A DNA stretch of 64,000 nt, from positions 8,169 through 72,168 of the forward strand of contig CAXHJY010001545.1 in the NCBI GenBank assembly GCA_964016885.1, in the 5' to 3' direction. Below, piece by piece: positions 55,811-64,000 of the stretch. The notes under the pieces were generated by a model, which was not told where the DNA came from, ran no database searches, and was given only the letters and a program-made list of their open reading frames with translations. Every line of letters begins with the position of its first letter. The first letter of the stretch is position 1. Source of the DNA: Eledone cirrhosa. Lineage: Eukaryota. The position numbers were made by a program, and so were the translations under genes.

Positions 55811-58731
55811 AAACACAGATGATAATAGTATGGGGGAAAGGGGGGGGGGGTGGAGAAGGGGATTATAGTAAATATATATTTCAAGAAACATAGAATATTA
55901 TCCGTATCTGGATCCAATGTATGTTTTTACATAGTTTCAGTGTTAGGAAATACAATAAACAAGAAATAAGGCAAAATTTATGCATTTCAAAATAAATAAG
56001 TATACCATTAATTATATGTTAACTAAACTAAAGATAGTTAACATATTGATTTCTAAGGTGTAAATTAGTTAGGTTTATAATATTTGAAGCAGAATTTTGA
56101 AGTTAAATAGTAGTAGAGTATTAATTATAGTATAACTAAATTAAAGTTAATAACGTTATGGTATCAATATTAGGAAATGAATTTAGTAATAGGGAAAAAA
56201 CAAATAAAGTATTACATCGGTAGTAGAATATAAATTATAGGTTAACTAAATTAAAAATTATATATTTATTTCTATAGTATATGTTAATTAGGTATATAAT
56301 AAATAAAACAGATATTGTATTTTATCAATAGCAGAATATAATTATATGCAAATAGAAATCAAAATTAATACATATACATATACATACACATATATATATA
56401 CATATATATACATATATATATACATATATACACATATACACACACATACACATACACATATACATATACATATTTTTTCAAAAATTGCAAAGAATATATT
56501 AACTAGGTATATATCTAAAACACATCCCATTCTATGATTACATGACATTCTGCAATTCGTCTGTATAAGGATACTAATTTTAAGCCAATTAAATTAAATT
56601 TTTAGGTTGACTAAAATTAAAACAAAATTATAAATATATTTCTAAAATGTATATTAATTAGGTCTATAATACTAAAAATTATTTCTCTGTCATTGGATAC
56701 ACGATATTTTGTTATATTTTATCTGTAAAAGAATTATAATAAAAGGTTTAAATAAATTAAAATTAATCTATAAATTAAATTACTAAGTATATATTAGTAA
56801 TATTTAAAGGTTTTTCACAATTTATGATTACATAATATTTTATATTCTCATCTGTAATAGAATTTTAATTAAATTAAATTTATAGGTTAACTAACATTTA
56901 AATTAAATTAATTTCTAAAATAATGTTATTAATTAGGTTTATAATATTTAAATGTTTTTTTTAGTTTATGATTACACGATATAATTAATTCCTGTCGTTT
57001 ATTTAATAGGATATCCTTAGATTTCATTATTTCAAATAGTTCTTGGGAACATAATCTACATTCATTTCTATTATTTTGATAAGGGGTGGCTCTTTTGAGC
57101 ACACTCCAGGTCAAATCATATTCTATATTCTTATTTTTATAACTATTGATTTTTTCTGCTAGAGATGTTGTATTAGCCAGTGCGGCATTTTTAAAACTAT
57201 GCTTGTGGGTATTAAACCTTGTCTTAAAATTGTTAGAGGTAGCTCCTATATATGAGCAAATAGAATCTTTAGTTTTAACATTACATTTATAGACTATGTT
57301 GTTAACAAGACAATTCCCTTTTAATGGGCAGTTTGCTTTGTTTCTACAGTTACAACCTTTCGTTAATTCTGTATTTGAGGAGATATTATGGTTAACTTGA
57401 TGTACTGGTGGTATACTTATGGTTTTCTTACATTTATATGCATTATAGGCACTTATATTTTGTTTTATGTTATTTGTTGTAGAGTATGAGAATTTAACTG
57501 TAGACCTATTTAAGATTTGATGGTATTTGTGGTTTGGTGGGAAGTTTTTCTCTAGGATATAAAAAAATTTTTTAGCAATATTATCCTTAATTTGTAAATT
57601 AAATGGAGCATTATACCAAGTAACCCGTCTATTACGGTTTCTATGTTGTTTATTATTTTTATTATTTTTATAGGTTGTATCGTGATTTTTACTAGGAGGA
57701 TTAATGTTAATGATCTCACCACAACCATTTTTAGTTATATTTGTAGATTTAGGTGTTTTATCCTTTTTATTAGGAGTTTTATTATTAATATTTATTAGAG
57801 TTGTATGATGAGTAGTTTTTTGAGAGTTACTATACTTTATATTAGAAGATTTGGTATTTTGGGGTATAGTGTGGGTGGCATTTAGGTGTGTACTTTTCAT
57901 TTGGTGTTTGTTGGTAATATTAGGTTGTATGCTTTCAGTATTTTTAGTAGAAGGTATATATTCTAATCTATTTTTGTGGCCACTTCTATCAAGAGCTTCG
58001 TTATAGAAGGTCGCATTTTTATCAAATACATCTTGGTTAGAAGAAAGGTTAGAAATTCTAAGTGATATATTATATGCAAGGTTTTTAAGGATAGATTTAG
58101 GGTGATTAGATTGTGAGTGTATGTAATGTAAGTTTTGGTTTGGTTTATGGTAAGGTTGGTAGATACCCGTAGCTAAATCTAAAGTTATATCTAGGAAATT
58201 TACTACTTTACTTGTTTTTTCAAAAGTAATATTAAGATTATAATAGTCTTTAAGGAAAGTTCTAATATGTTTTTTGTTTTTTTCAATTTCTGAAAGGCTA
58301 AGGTTGTTAGAAAGAAGAAGACAGTCATCACGATATAAACCACCTTTGAGGTGGGGAAAGGAGGCATTTATGTTGAAAAGGAGAAAGAAGCCCACAAGAT
58401 CAGTAATTTGGGCGGAATCGCTTGAACCCATAGTAATATCAAATAGATTACTATATGTGTTTCTGGTCCAGTATTCATTCTGAAATTCAATAAGTGTTAG
58501 TCTAGCATGTGTAATAATATTAATGTCATCCAAAGTTAAGTTAGATCTATTTTTAGCAAATATCAATGCTTTGTTCAGGAGTATAGGTGATATAGAAGAA
58601 TAGTAATTATCTATATCAAATTGTAGAAAACCTGCATTAAACCTGCATTAAACCTTTTGTATTTTCATTGGTCAATTTTGTTCCCAAACGGACCTGAAAT
58701 TTTGAATTGTTGTTATTATCAATAAATATAT

Positions 58732-58885
58732 TTCATTATTTCTGAAGACGGCGTATATATGTGTTGGTATGTATATTTAATCTTGATAGTTTGTATAATT
58801 TTGTATAATTTTGTACATAGATCTGTTGAATATGCATGCCAATTCTAACACATATATATCCTAGAAACGATCGTTAAATAATGAA
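58732..58885 (+). ncRNA. Hammerhead ribozyme with very long stem II
   Basis: UUCAUUAUUU-CUGAAGA-[~115-nt hairpin]-GAAA-CGAUCG-UU/AAAUAAUGAA. Stem I is a perfect 10 bp. Confidence 0.78.
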
Positions 58886-59079
58886 CTTTTTTTGTTTAAT
58901 ATAAGGAACTGTTTCATTGTTTATTCATTATTTGTTTAATATTTTATCTTGACTCTGTATACCGTTTATCTTTCACCGAAAGTGATTTTTCATTACATCT
59001 CTTCTTTCCATGATATCCGGAATACATTGAGTTCTTCATACGGATTGGACACTACCGTAAACTCTTGGTAGATTTATCT

Positions 59080-59107
59080 ACATATATATATATATATATA
59101 TATATAT

Positions 59108-59143
<36 letters not shown>

Positions 59144-59430
59144 TATATATGAGATATATATATATATATATATATATAGATATATATGAGATATATATAT
59201 ATATATATATAGATATATATGAGATATATATATATATATATATAGATATATATATATATATATATATATAGATATATATGAGATATATATATATATATAG
59301 ATATATATGAGATATATATATATATATAGATATATATATATATAGGAGATATATATATATATATAGATATATATATATATAGATATATATATATATATAT
59401 ATATATATCTCATATATATCTATATATGAG
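59080..59430. repeat. (TA)n-based microsatellite
   Basis: Seen directly. Confidence 0.9.
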
Positions 59431-59629
59431 AAAATCCACAGACCCTCCATCTCAACTCACCTTTTGAAAAGCAGAAGAACTGTGAAACTGGTAAAGGAAC
59501 CAAATAAATATATATATTTTTTAAAAAAATAACACTCCAGTTGCATTTTCGATTTCATCTCTTTTTCTTTATACTTTCACTCATGTAGGACACCTCGGTT
59601 ATTTTTCATTTTGTAAAAAAAAACCTCAC

Positions 59630-59670
<41 letters not shown>

Positions 59671-59681
59671 TACATATATAT

Positions 59682-60328
59682 ATAGAAATAAGAGGGATCA
59701 GATGTTGTTTACTTGAGAGAAGGTTACGTTGGTATGGTCACGTGATGCGCATGAAGGACGATAGCTGTATAACAAAGTGCAGGGCAATAAAGATAGACGG
59801 TAGCCACGGAATAGGCAGACCCAGAAAAACCTGGGAAGAGCTGATAAATTCCGACCTCACACGCTTACACCTCTCCAAGACAATGTCACTGAACCGAGAC
59901 CTTTGGCGGTACTCAGTAATAGAGAAGACCCGCCTTACCTAAATACAAAGTAAAACCTACTACAGTCAGTAGGCATCTCTAACAAAATACACCCCCGTCC
60001 CACCACCCCCACCCCATCCACACCGCCCCTTTCAATGTAAAGTTATGTTGGTCCCACAACATCCAGGCCGAAACAAATGAGATCGTGTAGGTGTCACGTA
60101 AAAAAAAACACACAGTTCACGCTGTAATGTGGCCATGTAGGCAACACGGTAAAAACCTCCCAGCCCCACACTGTAAATGTGGTCGGTGTTAGGAAGGGCA
60201 TCCAGCTGTAGAAAACCCGCCAGATAGTCCTATGCGAGCAAGATAATCACTCTTGACTCAAGTGGGAAACCCCCGTCCAAACCCATGCAAGCGTGGAACA
60301 CGGACATTAAACGTTGATGATGATGAAG
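59682..60328 (+). mobile_element. RTE 3' fragment, same family as 45093-46683
   Basis: Near-identical to 45932-46683 but lacking the internal UTR duplication. Flanked by (TA)n. Confidence 0.88.
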
Positions 60329-60373
<45 letters not shown>

Positions 60374-60597
60374 ATATATATGATATATATATATATAGAT
60401 ATATATATAGAGATATATTTAATACAATAACAGAGATAGTTTAAAGCTAAACTCTGACTGGTAACCATCTCACTCAACAAACATTAGGTTATATTAAAAT
60501 ATAAACCCAATTTAAGTGTTTGGGGTGCTAACAATATGTATAATGTGGAAAAACCAGTTGTATTATTTTATGAGATATAATTAAAGTTAAAGTATGA

Positions 60598-61102
60598 TAC
60601 ATATATATATATAGATACATATATATATATATAGATATATATATATAGATAGATATATATATATATATATAGATAGATATATATATATATATAGATAGAT
60701 ATATATATATATATATAGATAGATATATATATATATATATAGATAGATATATATATATATAGATAGATAGATATATATATAGATAGATATATATATATAT
60801 ATAGATAGATAGATATATATATATAGATAGATATATATATAGAGATATATATATATATATATATAGAGATAGATATATATATATATATATAGATAGAGAT
60901 AGATATATATATATATATATATAGATAGATATATATATATATATAGATAGAGATAGATATATATATATATATATAGATAGATATATATATATATATATAG
61001 ATAGATATATATATATATATAGATAGATATATATATATATATAGATAGATATATATATATATAGATATATATATTGATAGATAGATATATAGATATATAT
61101 AT
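60598..61102. repeat. (TA)n/(TAGA)n microsatellite
   Basis: Seen directly. Confidence 0.92.
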
Positions 61103-61169
61103 CTTGGCAGATCTTTGTAGACACTGTCACAAATATATGTACAAAACACACCCCACCAAAACCTGTGAA

Positions 61170-63212
61170 AAAAACCAAGTGCAGTATCCCTCAAAACAGA
61201 AAAAGAACAAACAAAAAAATTAACACACTAAAATACTGCCAACAGCAACACACACATTCAATGGCTATCACCCTGCTTGAGTCAAACATATATAACCAGA
61301 GAATAGCTGAAGAGAGGTGGGCCATTGAGAAAATAAAATTCAACCCGAAAGTGTTGTTCTCATTCGCTAAATAACACAAGGTCACCGTCTCCACTGTTGG
61401 CCCCCTAGTTGATGAAAATGGCACACTCCAGGACAATGTCAAAACCATGGGCGAGATACTGCAGAAACAATACTGCTGTTTTCAGCAACCCTGATATGGC
61501 CGATCTGGGCCGTATCAGTGATATTAACCCCCAACACACTATATCAGACATAACGTTTGGCGCCCCTGATGTCTTAGTGGCAATAAACGAAATTAAACAC
61601 AATTCAGCAGTAGGCCCCAACAGGTTCCCTGCTTGTGTCCTGAAGGTGTGTTGACACCAACTTGCAACTCCTCTTGCTAATCTGTGGAGGAACTCACTGG
61701 ACACTGGCTATATTCCTGAAAACTTTCTGTCCCAGTCCATTGTCCCAGTCTTCAAAAAGGGAAATAAGTCCCTTGCAGTGAACTACCGTCCGATCTCACT
61801 CACCTCTCATATTATCAAGGTATTTAAGAGGGTGGTGAGATCACGAATAACCAACTTTCTTGAAAGCAACGGCCTGCTGAACTCCAACCAACATGGGTTC
61901 CGTAATGGAAGGGACTGCCTAACGCAGCTCCTGCATCACTTTGACGATGTTTGGGGAGAGGGCTCCAACACTGATGTCATCTACCTTGATTTCAGCAAGG
62001 CCTTTGACAGGGTTGATCATAAGATTCTACTGAAAAAACTATCCAATGTTGGTGTCTCTGGAAGGTTACTACAGTGGATCAAATGTTTCCTGACAGGCAG
62101 AACCCAGCATGTTGTAGTCGAAGGAGTAGAATCAAGCCCTGCCAAAGTCCGCAGTGGCGTCCCACAAGGCACTGTGTTGGGCCCACTTCTTTTCATCATC
62201 TACATTAATGACATTACTGACATCATCAAACACAGTAACATCAGAATCTTTGCAGATGATTCCAAGCTCCAAAGGGTCATCAATGAGGTGGGTGACCGGA
62301 CTTGCCTTCAGTCAGACCTACTGGCTGTTATCCAATGGGCAGAGATGAATAATATACTGTTGAATGAGGATAAATTTGAACTAATCCACTTTGGAAAAGA
62401 GGATGCTCTGAAACTACCATACTCTCTTCCTTCGGGTGAAACTCCGGTGGCTTCCAATAACATCAGAGACCTAGGAGTAATTGTGGACAACAATATAAGC
62501 TGGGCCACTCATATAAACAGCAAAGTTGATATGGCCCGCAGAATGTGTTCCTGGATTCTCAGAACTTTCCAGTCGAGAGATATCCACACTGTTGTCCTTC
62601 TCTTCTCCACTTTTGCTTGACTCCACCTTGAATACTGTTGTCCACTGTGGTCACCCCACACGAAACGAAGTATCATGAAAGTTGAAGCACCCCAAAGGTC
62701 AATTACAAAAAAGATAGTTGGCATGACAGGCCTTGACTATTGGGGTCGATTAGAAAAGCTCAAACTTTATTCTCTTCAACGTCACCGTGAGCGCTACATT
62801 ATCTGTATGATGCGGAAAATATTCTATCAGCTTAGCCCAAATGATGTTGGCATCATCTTTAGTGTACACGCAAGGCTTGGGCCCCATGCTATCCGCCCAG
62901 GACAAAAATCCCACTCGCATCACATAACAACAATACGGCACAATTATTTCACCTCAATTGACCCTGCACTCTTTAACATTACACCAAAACACATCAAAGC
63001 AGAGACAGACCCCATGAAGTTCAAGAAGTCTTTGGATAAATTCCTTCAAGAAATCCCGGATCAGCCTCCTACACCCGGATATGCCTCTGTAAACAATAAA
63101 TCTCTGCTCGAGTGGGCCATGGTGCCCAAACATTGATTTGTAAGACTTCGCCAGGTGGTGCTATTAAGTTAGACATGGCCTGGGCCAATACTGGCCGAAA
63201 CCTATCAAAGTT
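61170..63212 (+). mobile_element. CR1-group LINE, 5'-truncated and disrupted RT ORF
   Basis: NYRPISLTSHIIKV, QHGFRNGR, DFSKAFDRVDH, SGVPQGTVLGPLLFIIYIND, FADDSK, RDLGV, LEYCCPLWSP, FKKSLDKFL. Contains several stops and frameshifts. Confidence 0.85.
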
Positions 63213-63264
63213 ATATATATATAGATATATATATAGATATATATATATATAGATATATATATAT

Positions 63265-63812
63265 ATCATCATCATCACCGTTTTACGTCCGTTCTTCCAC
63301 GCTAGCATGGGTTAGACGGGTTGTCCTGTTGTGGGCAGTGTCTGGTCGGCTGACCATGCCTTGCTCATACAGGAACTGATCTGGCTTGATTTCTACAGCT
63401 GGATGCCCTTCCTAACACCAACCTCATTTACAGTGAGTGCTGGGTGCTTTTTCGTGGCGCCTACACGTCCACTTTACAGTGTGGGCTGGGTGCTTTTTTG
63501 CCGTGGCACCTCCACGACCACCTTGCGGTGGGGGGGAGTGGGGGCATATTGTTTATATGCTTCAGCATGTACCCATGGGAGGTCGGGTACCCTGTATTAC
63601 TGCGTGACGCCAGAAGTCACGGTCGTGTGTCATTGACTTTGAGAGGTATAGTTGGGTAAGGTCGGCTTTTATCACCTCATCCCAAGTCATCTTGGGTCTC
63701 CCCACTCCGCGGTTTCCATCAACTTCTAGTGCTCTGCACCTTTTTATGCAGCTGTCATCCTTCATACGCATCACATGTCCATACCAGCGTAACCGCCTCT
63801 TCTGCACACAGC

Positions 63813-63816
<4 letters not shown>
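63265..63816 (-). mobile_element. RTE 3' fragment with full 3' UTR
   Basis: Coding part is near-identical to 490-750. (GAT)n tail at 63265-63277, flanked by (TA)n. Confidence 0.88.
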
Positions 63817-63867
<51 letters not shown>

Positions 63868-63923
63868 TATATATATAGATATATATATATATATATATAG
63901 ATATATATATATCTATATATCTA

Positions 63924-63963
<40 letters not shown>

Positions 63964-64000
63964 TAGATATATAGATATATATATATATAGAGAGAGAGAT

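Larger units (their letters stand above)
53058..59080 (-). mobile_element. Second Naiad-like Penelope element, 5'-truncated, with long 3' region and inverted ~300-bp pLTR
   Basis: Minus frame FLQFDIDNYYSSI...FDITMGSSDSAQITDLVG...GLYRDD...WYNAPF...CNCRNKANCPLKGNCL...YIGATSNNFKTRFNTH...CRLC...CNH (ORF 56929-58566). 58643-58946 is the reverse complement of 53058-53363. Confidence 0.85.

Noticed and set aside
49317-58566. Selenocysteine-encoding Naiad elements
   Set aside because: Some Naiads use UGA-Sec, but the conserved Cys positions in both ORFs here are ordinary Cys with no in-frame TGA. I saw no convincing SECIS.
47140-61194. Many long Y/I/V/C-rich ORFs
   Set aside because: They are translations of (TA)n/(CA)n microsatellites.
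63145-63205. Ribozyme at the CR1 3' end (GGCC-aatact-GGCC-GAAAC)
   Set aside because: There is no CUGANGA core upstream. It is more simply the LINE 3' recognition stem-loop.

Overview
AT-rich, repeat-dense animal DNA. The SINE/LINE repertoire suggests an octopus-like coleoid cephalopod (inference). The only host-gene sequence I can support is two minus-strand exons (31545-31437 and 8730-8578) of a FEZ1/FEZ2/UNC-76 family gene, neither in the ORF track, separated by a ~22.7 kb intron. The rest is mobile and repetitive DNA: RTE, L1/Tx1 and CR1 LINE fragments, tRNA-derived SINEs, MITEs, five minisatellites and long (TA)n tracts. The main unannotated structure is a set of Penelope-like elements (PLEs; one Neptune-like, two Naiad-like and one ORF-less palindromic remnant) carrying hammerhead ribozyme (HHR) motifs. 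Three of them form inverted repeats with a shared asymmetric architecture, and one HHR has a ~115-nt stem II. A three-part RTE/Tx1/RTE chimeric retroelement with two in-frame junctions lies at 42.2-46.7 kb. All RNA folds were read by eye; no searches were run.
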